DNA from: Horticoccus sp. 23ND18S-11
Lineage (GTDB): Bacteria > Verrucomicrobiota > Verrucomicrobiia > Opitutales > Opitutaceae
Strand: one strand, 5' to 3'
Assembly: GCF_047521145.1 (NCBI RefSeq)
Contig: NZ_JBKOKE010000001.1
DNA: 24,000 nt
In this document: positions 7,667 through 15,373 of the stretch, in pieces
How the letters are laid out: each line of letters opens with the position of its first letter
Numbering within the stretch: position 1 is the stretch's first letter
Notes under the pieces: generated by a model
Told to the model about the DNA's origin: nothing
Database searches by the model: none
What the model saw: the letters and a program-made list of their open reading frames with translations, nothing else
Program-made: the position numbers and the translations under genes

Positions 7667-9331
7667 GTGTTCGGACTTCATCCCTACGATCTCGCCGTCA
7701 TCGTCGGCTACCTGCTCGTCACTGCGGCCATCGGCCTGTCGGTTGCGCGACGGGTCAGGGACACGAACCACTATTTCATGGGCAACCGGAGCTTCGGGAA
7801 GCTCCTCATGCTCGGCCAGTCGTTCGGCATCGGCACGCACGCCGATCAGCCCGTCGGCACCGCGGGCAAGGCGTACCAATGGGGCTTCTCGGGACTGTGG
7901 TTCGGCTGGAAGTTCATCTTCTGCACGCCGCTCTACTGGATCATCGCCCCGGTGTTCCGGCGGCTGCGTTGCGTGACCAGCGCGGATTACATGGAGGCGC
8001 GATTCGGGCGGGGCGTCGGTCTGCTCTACGGGATTTACGCCCTCGTGTTTCTGATGATCAACATGTCGGCGATGCAGAACGGCGCCGGCAAGGTCGTGAG
8101 CCAGGCGACGGGCGGCGCGATCCCTCACGGCGTGGTGGTGTGGTCGATGACGGGAATTTTCATCGTCTACAGCCTCGTCGGTGGCCGCATCTCCGCGGCG
8201 GTGACGGATTTTTTCCAGAGTTTCCTCATCATCGTCCTGTCGTTCATCATCGTGCCGTTCGGCCTCGCGAAGCTCGGCGGATTTCAGGCCATGAAGGCGT
8301 CGCTCACGGAAGCGCAGCTTTCGCTCAGCGTCCCCGGCGGCCTGACGCTCGGGTTGATCGCGGTGCTCAGTCTCCAAAGCATGTTCGGCATCTTCGCCCA
8401 ACCGCAGCAGATGGCCGCGGTGGGCACCGGCAAGACGGAGATGAACTGCCGGATCGGTTTCACCTACGGCAACATGGTGAAACGGATCTGCACCATCGGC
8501 TGGGTGTTGGTCGGCCTGATCGTGATTGCGATGGCGGGTCGGCAGATGATCCCGCCGTTGCAGGATCATGAGGCGGCCTTCGGCGTTGCCTGCCAGACAT
8601 TGCTCGGCCCCGGCTTCCTCGGGCTCATGGTGGCCAGCGTGCTCGCGACCAACATGTCGACCTGCTCCGCCATGATGGTCGATTTGGGCGCGCTCTTCGT
8701 GCAGAACGTGTACAAGCCGTACTTCCGTCCGGCTGCACCCGACGCGCACTATCTGGCGATGGGCCGCGTGTCCGGAGTGATCCTCACGTTTGGATCGATG
8801 GGCCTGGTTTACGTGCTGCCGAACGTTCTCGATGCAATTCTCCAGAGCGACAGCCTGGCCGCCTTCATGGGCGTGCCGTTCATCGCCGGGCTGGTGTGGA
8901 AGCGCGCGAATCGCGCCGGGGCGCTGGCGGCGTTCGTGGTCGGCACCGGGATGAACGTCGGCCTGAGCCTGTACCGGCACGGCAATGTCGCGGAGTGGCG
9001 GCAGGATATCTTTCTCTGGTCGCTCGCCGCGAGTCTGGTCGCGCTGGTCGTGGGCAGCCTGCTTACGGCACCGGAACCGGAGGAGCATTGGACTCACCTG
9101 CAAGCGCGTCTTCATCTGCCGGCGTCGGTCGAAGATGCCCCGCCGGCCCAACGCGCCGAGCTGGCGCGCGTCGCCGAGGCTCGCGGCGAAGGCCTCCTGC
9201 TCGCCGATCTCTTTCAGCTGCGACGGACCTTTTCGTTTCAACGCTATCGCAACGATCTCGTGGGCGCGGGCGTGGCCGCCGGCATCGTCGCCGCGCTCAT
9301 CGCCTTCGCCGTAGCTCTCGCCCGCGCGTAG
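7667..9331 (+). CDS. Sodium:solute symporter (SSS) family transporter
   Basis: The 554-aa ORF is polytopic and hydrophobic throughout. The N-terminus DLAVIVGYLLVTAAIGLSVARRVRDTNHYFMGNRSFG is typical of SSS permeases. Confidence 0.8.
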   Translation: MFGLHPYDLAVIVGYLLVTAAIGLSVARRVRDTNHYFMGNRSFGKLLMLGQSFGIGTHADQPVGTAGKAYQWGFSGLWFGWKFIFCTPLYWIIAPVFRRLRCVTSADYMEARFGRGVGLLYGIYALVFLMINMSAMQNGAGKVVSQATGGAIPHGVVVWSMTGIFIVYSLVGGRISAAVTDFFQSFLIIVLSFIIVPFGLAKLGGFQAMKASLTEAQLSLSVPGGLTLGLIAVLSLQSMFGIFAQPQQMAAVGTGKTEMNCRIGFTYGNMVKRICTIGWVLVGLIVIAMAGRQMIPPLQDHEAAFGVACQTLLGPGFLGLMVASVLATNMSTCSAMMVDLGALFVQNVYKPYFRPAAPDAHYLAMGRVSGVILTFGSMGLVYVLPNVLDAILQSDSLAAFMGVPFIAGLVWKRANRAGALAAFVVGTGMNVGLSLYRHGNVAEWRQDIFLWSLAASLVALVVGSLLTAPEPEEHWTHLQARLHLPASVEDAPPAQRAELARVAEARGEGLLLADLFQLRRTFSFQRYRNDLVGAGVAAGIVAALIAFAVALARA

Positions 9332-9382
9332 GCCGGCAAACGGGCGAACAGCGCAGAGTCGGTTTACCCTCCCGGAGGATTT

Positions 9383-9448
9383 TTACAGGAGGCAACGGAG
9401 GTCACTGAGAAAAGGCCCGGACTCGATTGCCTCTGTTGCCTCCTGTAA
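9383..9448. repeat. Palindromic intergenic element, family D; 19-nt arms
   Basis: ttacaggaggcaacggagg (9383-9401) pairs with cctctgttgcctcctgtaa (9430-9448) with one mismatch and a 28-nt loop. The left side contains GGAGGCAAC GGAGGTCAC, a 9-nt period. It lies between the convergent symporter and helicase genes. Confidence 0.75.
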
Positions 9449-9523
9449 GATTTCTGCGGTCTCGGTGTGGCCGCCTACATCAAACGCTGGACACATTTTT
9501 TCTTAAGTTGCCCGTGCGGGCTC

Positions 9524-11527
9524 TCACCACCCGTAGCTGCGCTTCATCTTCAACGGCTGGTAGAGATCACTCGAAAGCTCGGTGAGGAAACGACTCGGCG
9601 TCTGCAGCATCGCGGGCCCGCCCTTGGTGTTCACCTTGGGGAAACACAGGTAGAGCTCGTCGCGCGCGCGGGTGACCGCGACGTAGAACAGCCGGCGCTC
9701 CTCCTCGACGTCACCGGCCTCGATCGCACGGCGCAGGGGAAACATGCCGTCCGCGAGGCTGATCAGGAAAACGGCGGAGTACTCGAGGCCCTTGGCCTGG
9801 TGCACGGTCGTCAGTCGCAGAGCGTCGGCGTCGGGATCGGCCGAACGATCACTGGTCTCGCTGTTGAGCAGCATGACCTGCGCGAGCAGTTCCTGCATGT
9901 CCTCGTAGCGCGACGCGAAACCGATCATCGATTTCAAGTCGTCCAGCCGCGAAATGTAATTCGAGAACGCGCCCTTGAGGTAGTCGCCGTACCAGCCGTC
10001 GATGGCGATCTCGACGGCGTTGTGCGGCTTCATCGTGCGCATCATTTCCTTCACCTGCTGGAGCGAGGCCACGAACTTGGGCCACTCCTCCTTGGCGTCC
10101 TTCGGCACGCGTGACGCCACATCGTCGGTGGCGAGTGCATCGATGAAGTCCTGCTGCATCAGACGCGCGTGTTCGTGCGCGGCGGCGTGGAGCTTTTGCG
10201 CGTTCTTGTCGCCGACCTTCGGCAGCAGCACGGCGATGCGATTCCACGCGGCGGTGTCGCTCGGGTTGTAGACGAAGCGCAGCAGCGCAATGAGATCGCG
10301 GATGTGCGCCTGCTCGAAGAACCGCACGCCGCTCGTGATCTGATACGGAATCTGCAGCCGCGACAGTTCGAGCTGGATGTCGAGGGCCTGGAAATGCGCG
10401 CGGTAAAGAATCGCGATGTCGCTCAGCGAGCAGCCTTCGTCGACGAGCCCGCGGATGCGTTGGACGATGAACTGCGCCTGCTCGCGGCCGTCCATCGCCT
10501 GCACGAAATACGGTTTCTCCGAATTGGCGCGATGCGGCCGCAATTCCTTCTCGAACGAGCGGCCCTTCGGTTGCGCGAGCAGCACGCCGTTGGCCAGCGC
10601 GAGGATCTGCGGCGTCGAGCGGTAATTCGTCTCGATGCGGTGAATCTGCGTGCCCGGGTGGCGGTCGGGAAACGTCAGGATGTTTTCGACGTTCGCGCCC
10701 CGCCACGTGTAGATGCACTGCGCGTCATCGCCGACGGCCATCACGCGGTGGTGCGAGCCGATGAGATCGACGATCTGAGACTGCAGGACGTTGGTGTCCT
10801 GGTACTCGTCGACGAGCACATGGCGGAAGCGGTGCGCGAAATACGCGGCGGTTTCCGGCGAGCGTTTCAACAGATCGAGCCAGTGTTCGAGCAAGTCATC
10901 GTAATCCAGGATGCTGGCCTCGCGTTTCTTCTCCGCGTACTTCTTCGCGAAGAGCGGCACGCGCTCGATGATGGCCTCGTGTTGCGGGAAGAAGCGCTGG
11001 ATCGTCTCGCTCAGCGGCAGCTGCGTGTTGCGCGACATCGAGATGATCGAATGCAACGGACCCGCGCGCGGATGGGTCTTGTCCTTGAAGAACGTCTTGT
11101 CGGCGGTCTCGACGGCGTCACGGAGCACGCCCTCGGACTCCTCGGCGTCGAGAATCGTGAAACTGCGCGGCAGGCCGATGGCGGCGCCGTGCATGCGCAG
11201 GGCGCGATGCCCGATGCTGTGAAACGTGCCGCCCCAGAACCGGCCGGGCTCGACGCCGGTCAGCTCGTGCACCCGGTGGAGCATTTCCTTCGCGGCCTTG
11301 TTGGTGAATGTGAGCAGCAGGATGTCGCCGGGCCGCGCGCCCCGCGAAAGCAGGTAAGCCACCCGGTAGGTGAGGGTGCGGGTCTTGCCCGAGCCGGCGC
11401 CGGCGAGCACGAGCAGTGGCCCCGGTTCCGCGGTCACGGCGGCAAACTGTTCGTCGTTGAGTTCCCGGCGGAAATCAATCGGCGGAAAGCCTTGCGGCGC
11501 GGAAGCTGGGTCCAGGGCGAAATCCAT
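9524..11527 (-). CDS. ATP-dependent DNA helicase, UvrD/PcrA/Rep family (SF1)
   Basis: The ORF carries Walker A AGAGSGKT, motif II DEYQDT, TVHQAKGLE and YVAVTRA. The start was taken at ATG 11527 (MDFALDPASA...); the ORF maximum is 11578. Confidence 0.9.
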   Translation of the reverse strand: MDFALDPASAPQGFPPIDFRRELNDEQFAAVTAEPGPLLVLAGAGSGKTRTLTYRVAYLLSRGARPGDILLLTFTNKAAKEMLHRVHELTGVEPGRFWGGTFHSIGHRALRMHGAAIGLPRSFTILDAEESEGVLRDAVETADKTFFKDKTHPRAGPLHSIISMSRNTQLPLSETIQRFFPQHEAIIERVPLFAKKYAEKKREASILDYDDLLEHWLDLLKRSPETAAYFAHRFRHVLVDEYQDTNVLQSQIVDLIGSHHRVMAVGDDAQCIYTWRGANVENILTFPDRHPGTQIHRIETNYRSTPQILALANGVLLAQPKGRSFEKELRPHRANSEKPYFVQAMDGREQAQFIVQRIRGLVDEGCSLSDIAILYRAHFQALDIQLELSRLQIPYQITSGVRFFEQAHIRDLIALLRFVYNPSDTAAWNRIAVLLPKVGDKNAQKLHAAAHEHARLMQQDFIDALATDDVASRVPKDAKEEWPKFVASLQQVKEMMRTMKPHNAVEIAIDGWYGDYLKGAFSNYISRLDDLKSMIGFASRYEDMQELLAQVMLLNSETSDRSADPDADALRLTTVHQAKGLEYSAVFLISLADGMFPLRRAIEAGDVEEERRLFYVAVTRARDELYLCFPKVNTKGGPAMLQTPSRFLTELSSDLYQPLKMKRSYGW

Positions 11528-11640
11528 GAAGGCGTGGTGCGAAAGGAGGATGGCCGCAAAAAGGCGCTGGCGGCGCAAAGAAAATCAGAGCGAACGCAGG
11601 GGGAATGGGAATCCGATTGCGACGGATCCAAGTCTTGGGC

Positions 11641-11705
11641 CCACGGAACACACGGAATACACGGAAAACGGGCCTGAGCTTCCGTGTATTCCGTGTGTTC
11701 CGTGG
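11641..11705. repeat. Palindromic intergenic element, family E; perfect 26-nt arms with a 9-nt sub-period
   Basis: ccacggaacacacggaatacacggaa (11641-11666) pairs with ttccgtgtattccgtgtgttccgtgg (11680-11705) around the 13-nt loop aacgggcctgagc. CACGGAA recurs three times per arm. It lies in the divergent helicase/DUF4139 promoter region. Confidence 0.85.
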
Positions 11706-11782
11706 GCACCCTGCTGAAAGACGGAGTCGACGGTGGAGTCGGAATTTTTCCAAGGAACTCGCTGCTGGCGCGTCTATCCTAG

Positions 11783-13234
11783 ATGGCTATGTCTTATGTC
11801 ATGAACATCCGGCTCGTTTCGCTGCTTTCCGTCGTCGCTTCCACTGCGTTCGCCCAGCCGGCGCTCACGGTTTACAATCAGGGCTTCGCGGTGGTGCGCG
11901 AGCGCGTGCCGCTCGACCTCAAGGCGGGCGAGAACGCATTCACGTTTGCCGGCGCCACGGCGATGCTCGAAGCGGACTCCGTGGTCCTGCGCGATCCGGC
12001 GGGCAAGGTGGCGTTGCGCGTGCTGGAGCAAAGCTACCGCGCCGACGTGATGTCACAGGGCGTGCTGCTCGCCCTCAACGAGGGCAGGGCGATCGATTTT
12101 CTCGTCCGCGATCAAAACGCCAAGGAATACACGGTGAGCGGCAAGGTCATCCGCAGCGGCTACGCGCCGGGGGGCGAACAAAGCGCGCCGATCATCGAGG
12201 TCGACGGCAAGCTGCGGTTCTCGCTGCCGGGCGAGCCGTTGTTTCCGACCCTGCCAGGTGACGGGGTGCTGAAACCGACGCTCACGTGGAAAATCGGCGT
12301 GGCCCAGCCGGCGAAGCTGGAGGCCGAACTCGCCTACATCACGGGCGGGTTGAGCTGGCAGTCGGCGTACAACCTGGTCGCGCCGGAGAAGGGCAACCAA
12401 CTCGACGTCGTGGGCTGGGTGACGGTGAACAACCAAAGCGGCAAGGTGTTTGAGAACGCCGCGGTCAAGCTGATGGCGGGCGATGTGAACAAGATCGCGC
12501 CGAAGGCCGCGCGGGGCGGCGGGCCCGTCCGCATGGAGATGATGGCGATGGCGTCGATGGATGCCGCGGTCACCGAAAAAGCCTTCGATGAATTTCACCT
12601 CTACACGCTTCCGCGCGCGGTGACGCTCCGCGACCGCGAGACCAAGCAGGTCGAGTTCATGCGCGCGACGGGCGTGACGGCGCCGGTGATCTATGTCTTC
12701 GACGGCGCGTCGAACTACGGCACGTACCGGGGCGGCATGATGCGCGATCCCGGCTTTGGCACGCAGGGCAACACCAAGGTGTGGGTGATGCGGGAATTCA
12801 AGAACAGCGAGGAGAACAAGCTCGGGCTCCCGTTGCCGAAGGGGCGGCTGCGGTTTTACCGTCGTGACGACGCCGACGGCCGCATCGAGTTCACTGGTGA
12901 GAGCGAGTTGGATCACACCGCGAAGAATGAAATGATCCGGGTGAAGACTGGCGATGCCTTCGACGTCGTGGGTGAGCGGATACGCACGAACTTCAACGGC
13001 AACAACCGCCAGGATTTCGCCGAGGAGGATTTCGAAATCAAGGTGCGCAACCGCAAGGCCGAGCCCGTGACGGTGCGAATCGTCGAGCACCTCTATCGCT
13101 GGAACAACTGGCGGATCGTGCAGCAGTCGGACGAGTTCACGAAGAAGGATGCGCAGACGATCGAGTTCAACGTGACCGTCCCGCCGGATACGCAGAAGAC
13201 CGTGACGTATCGGGTGCGTTACGAGTGGAAGTGA
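11783..13234 (+). CDS. Secreted DUF4139-like (MuiA-like) protein of unknown function
   Basis: The 483-aa ORF has a signal peptide ...MNIRLVSLLSVVASTAFA|QP (alternative start ATG 11801). The segment LTVYNQGFAVVRERVPLDLKAGENAFTF resembles the N-terminus of DUF4139/TIGR02231-type proteins. This assignment is from memory and not verified. Confidence 0.55.
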   Translation: MAMSYVMNIRLVSLLSVVASTAFAQPALTVYNQGFAVVRERVPLDLKAGENAFTFAGATAMLEADSVVLRDPAGKVALRVLEQSYRADVMSQGVLLALNEGRAIDFLVRDQNAKEYTVSGKVIRSGYAPGGEQSAPIIEVDGKLRFSLPGEPLFPTLPGDGVLKPTLTWKIGVAQPAKLEAELAYITGGLSWQSAYNLVAPEKGNQLDVVGWVTVNNQSGKVFENAAVKLMAGDVNKIAPKAARGGGPVRMEMMAMASMDAAVTEKAFDEFHLYTLPRAVTLRDRETKQVEFMRATGVTAPVIYVFDGASNYGTYRGGMMRDPGFGTQGNTKVWVMREFKNSEENKLGLPLPKGRLRFYRRDDADGRIEFTGESELDHTAKNEMIRVKTGDAFDVVGERIRTNFNGNNRQDFAEEDFEIKVRNRKAEPVTVRIVEHLYRWNNWRIVQQSDEFTKKDAQTIEFNVTVPPDTQKTVTYRVRYEWK

Positions 13235-13264
13235 GGGAAGGACGTGATGGGGAAGATCGGCCTG

Positions 13265-13318
13265 GGACCGCGACCGCCCCCGGTCGCTGATTAGGGCGAC
13301 CGGGGGCGGTCGCGGTCC
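13265..13318. repeat. REP pair (BIME-like): two inverted 23-nt REPs
   Basis: ggaccgcgaccgcccccggtcgc (13265-13287), the loop tgattagg, and the perfect reverse complement (13296-13318). Each REP itself contains a 7-bp stem GCGACCG/CGGTCGC. Confidence 0.9.
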
Positions 13319-13341
13319 AAGTGCTGCACGGTTCCGATGGT

Positions 13342-13950
13342 CTACACCGGTCCTTGGTACGCTCTGCTCCACGGCCAATCTTCCGCCCGGGCCACGAGTC
13401 CCGCAGTCACCGGATTGCGATGGATGTAATCCACGGCGGCGCGGTAGTGCCGTTGGTTGCGGATGTACCGATCGAAGTAGTCCAGCTGCCAAATCCGCCC
13501 TCTCCGGATCTGTGGCCCCCCTGGACCGCGACCGCCCCCGGTCGCCTCCGCATCCGTCGCTTCCAAAATCCTCCGCGCACTCACGCTCTTCCAAGCCGAA
13601 ACCGTCTTCCCAATCGTCACCTCCGCCAGCGGCTCGACGATCACATGCACGTGATTCGGCATGATCACCCACGCGTAAAGCCGGTAGTCGTGGTCGTTCC
13701 GATGATGGAGGGCGTCACGCACCGCTGCCGCACAAGACGGCTGCCGCAACAGACACGTACCGTGGTGCGCGTCGAGGTAATGCTCGACAGCGGCGCGACG
13801 CTGGGCGTCATCGAGCGCCTGTTCTTCAAGTCGTCGGCAGACGTGAACAGGAAGCGAATCCGCCAGGTGATAGGTGATGGCCTGCATGGCCCGGCCGTCG
13901 TCGAAGTGCGGGAGGTAGCCGCGGGCATGCCAGCCGGGAGAATCGGGCAT
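13342..13950 (-). CDS. REP-associated tyrosine transposase (RayT; IS200/IS605 TnpA-like Y1 HUH enzyme)
   Basis: The 203-aa product runs from ATG 13950 as MPDSPGWHARGYLPHFDDG.... It has the HUH motif in MPNHVHVIV and the catalytic-Tyr region AAVDYIHRNPVTAGLV. The ORF-track extension to 14133 runs through REPs and the tandem array and was discarded. Confidence 0.8.
   Translation of the reverse strand: MPDSPGWHARGYLPHFDDGRAMQAITYHLADSLPVHVCRRLEEQALDDAQRRAAVEHYLDAHHGTCLLRQPSCAAAVRDALHHRNDHDYRLYAWVIMPNHVHVIVEPLAEVTIGKTVSAWKSVSARRILEATDAEATGGGRGPGGPQIRRGRIWQLDYFDRYIRNQRHYRAAVDYIHRNPVTAGLVARAEDWPWSRAYQGPV
13523..13545. repeat. Perfect REP copy inside the RayT coding sequence
   Basis: The 23-nt ggaccgcgaccgcccccggtcgc is identical to the flanking REPs. 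On the minus strand it reads in frame as ATGGGRGP, within ...RRILEATDAEATGGGRGPGGPQIRRGRIWQLDYFDRY.... Confidence 0.9.
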
Positions 13951-13961
13951 GATTGATTCTG

Positions 13962-14041
13962 GGACCGCGACCGCCCCCGGTCGCCAGCCGTACGGATGCC
14001 CGAAACACAGTACAAGCAGCGACCGAGGGCGGTCGCGGTCC
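13962..14041. repeat. REP pair upstream of RayT; inverted copies with a 34-nt spacer
   Basis: A perfect REP lies at 13962-13984, 12 nt from the RayT start codon. An inverted copy gcgaccgagggcggtcgcggtcc lies at 14019-14041 with one mismatch. Confidence 0.85.
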
Positions 14042-14106
14042 CAGTCCGGTCCCAGTCCGGTCCCAGTCCGGTCCCAGTCCGGTCCCAGTCCGGTCCCAGT
14101 CCGGTT
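14037..14106. repeat. 11-bp tandem repeat GGTCCCAGTCC, about 6.4 copies
   Basis: Six perfect units run 14037-14102, followed by ggtt. The first unit overlaps the GGTCC end of the adjacent REP. Confidence 0.95.
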
Positions 14107-14154
14107 GCAAGCCGATCGCCTGACCCACTTCAACTCCTCCGCGCACTCACCCGC

Positions 14155-15285
14155 CTACAACAACACCAGATCGTTCCGGTGCACGACCTCGAGCCGCTTG
14201 CGCGCAGGATAGAGCCGGGCGACGTCGGCGCCGTGTTTGCCGGCGAGCGCCGGAATTTCCGCGCTGCCGAACGCCGCTTTGCCGCGGGCGAACACTTCTT
14301 TGTCCGGCCCGGCGATGTTGACGATGTCACCGGCGGCAAACTCGCCTTCGTTGCCGGTGACGCCCACCGCCAGAAGACTGCGGCCCTGGTCGCGCAGTAC
14401 GGGCACCGCGCACGCATTCACGACGATCGTGCCGGCAGGACGCTGGAAAAAGGCGAGCCAGCGTTTCTTCGCTTCCATCGGCAGTCCGCTCGGAACGAAG
14501 AACGTGCCCGGGCCGCGGCCCGCGAAAAGTTTCTCGAGGATGCGCGGCTCGGATCCGCTCGCGATGAACACGCCGCAGCCCGCCTTAATCGCGAGCTTCG
14601 CCGCGGAGATCTTGCTGATCATGCCGCCCGTCGCGGTCTCGCTGGTCGTGCCGCCGGCCATCGCCTCGATCTCCGGCGTGATCCGCTCCACCACGGGCAC
14701 GATTTCCTTCGTGCCCTTCATGTCGATCAGGCCGGGCGCGGTGGACAAAATGACGAGATAATCCGCCTGCGTGAGGCTCGCGACCATCGCCGACAGCGTG
14801 TCGTTGTCGCCGAACTTCAGCATCGCGCGAATTTCGGCCGCGCTGACGGTGTCGTTTTCGTTGATGATCGGCACCGTGCCGTAGGCGATGAGCTGTTCGA
14901 GGCACTGCTTGATGCCCAGGTAACGATCGCGATCGCGCAGGTCTTCGTGCGTGAGCAGCACCTGGGCAACGGTGAAACCGTGCGGCGCGAAACCGGCCTG
15001 CCACGTTTGCATGAGCAACGACTGGCCGATGGCGGCGCAGGCCTGCTTTTTCGAAACATCCTTGGGTTTGCGCGCGAGCTGCAGCGCGCCCATGCCCAAG
15101 CCCACGGCACCGGAGGAAACAACGATGACCTCTGTGCCGCCCGCGCGCAACGCGGCGATCTCCGCGCACACGGCTTTGATGCGCGTCGTGTCCAGTTGTC
15201 CGATACCGGTGGTCAGGACGCCGGTGCCGAGTTTCACGACGACCCGGCGCGGACGCGCATGGCTGAGACTGGAGGCGGCGGGCAT
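14155..15285 (-). CDS. proB: Glutamate 5-kinase with C-terminal PUA domain
   Basis: The ORF has RVVVKLGTGVLT, the central motifs FGDNDTLSA and TGGMISK, and a PUA-like C-terminus. The start was chosen at ATG 15285; ATG 15360 is the ORF maximum. Confidence 0.9.
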   Translation of the reverse strand: MPAASSLSHARPRRVVVKLGTGVLTTGIGQLDTTRIKAVCAEIAALRAGGTEVIVVSSGAVGLGMGALQLARKPKDVSKKQACAAIGQSLLMQTWQAGFAPHGFTVAQVLLTHEDLRDRDRYLGIKQCLEQLIAYGTVPIINENDTVSAAEIRAMLKFGDNDTLSAMVASLTQADYLVILSTAPGLIDMKGTKEIVPVVERITPEIEAMAGGTTSETATGGMISKISAAKLAIKAGCGVFIASGSEPRILEKLFAGRGPGTFFVPSGLPMEAKKRWLAFFQRPAGTIVVNACAVPVLRDQGRSLLAVGVTGNEGEFAAGDIVNIAGPDKEVFARGKAAFGSAEIPALAGKHGADVARLYPARKRLEVVHRNDLVLL

Positions 15286-15373
15286 GAGGCGGGAGGCGAA
15301 GCGTGACGGCACAGCGAAAGCGCCGGCGGCAGGCGGAGGCCTGACATCCGGCGCGTTCACTGCGGCGCGTGGC

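Larger units (their letters stand above)
13265..14106. mobile_element. REPtron: RayT-like gene with flanking REP pairs and an adjoining tandem array
   Basis: A Y1/HUH transposase-like gene is bracketed by inverted pairs of the same 23-nt REP, at 13265-13318 and 13962-14041. This matches the published REPtron architecture. Confidence 0.75.

Noticed and set aside
7601-9241. 546-aa minus-strand ORF, and the 349-aa ORF at 7522-8571 (+), overlapping the symporter
   Set aside because: Both give Arg/His/Asp-rich nonsense translations. The symporter frame is a coherent polytopic membrane protein.
10169-11677. 502-aa plus-strand ORF antisense to the helicase
   Set aside because: It is a high-GC artefact. 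The helicase frame carries the full SF1 motif set.
12053-13672. 539-aa minus-strand ORF spanning the DUF4139 gene, the REP pair and part of RayT
   Set aside because: It runs through a palindromic repeat and two well-supported genes in wrong frames. Its composition is low in complexity.
14037-14106. The tandem array considered as a CRISPR array
   Set aside because: The units are 11 bp and directly abutting with no spacers. No cas genes are nearby.
13951-14133. N-terminal extension of the RayT ORF (MKWVRRSACNRTGTGLGPDWDR...)
   Set aside because: The extension is a translation of the REP pair and the 11-bp tandem array, which gives a periodic GTGLGPDWDR peptide. The conserved RayT N-terminus (GWHARGYLPHFD) begins right after ATG 13950.
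13996-15306. 436-aa plus-strand ORF antisense to proB
   Set aside because: It begins in the REP/tandem-array region and is antisense to a clear glutamate 5-kinase.
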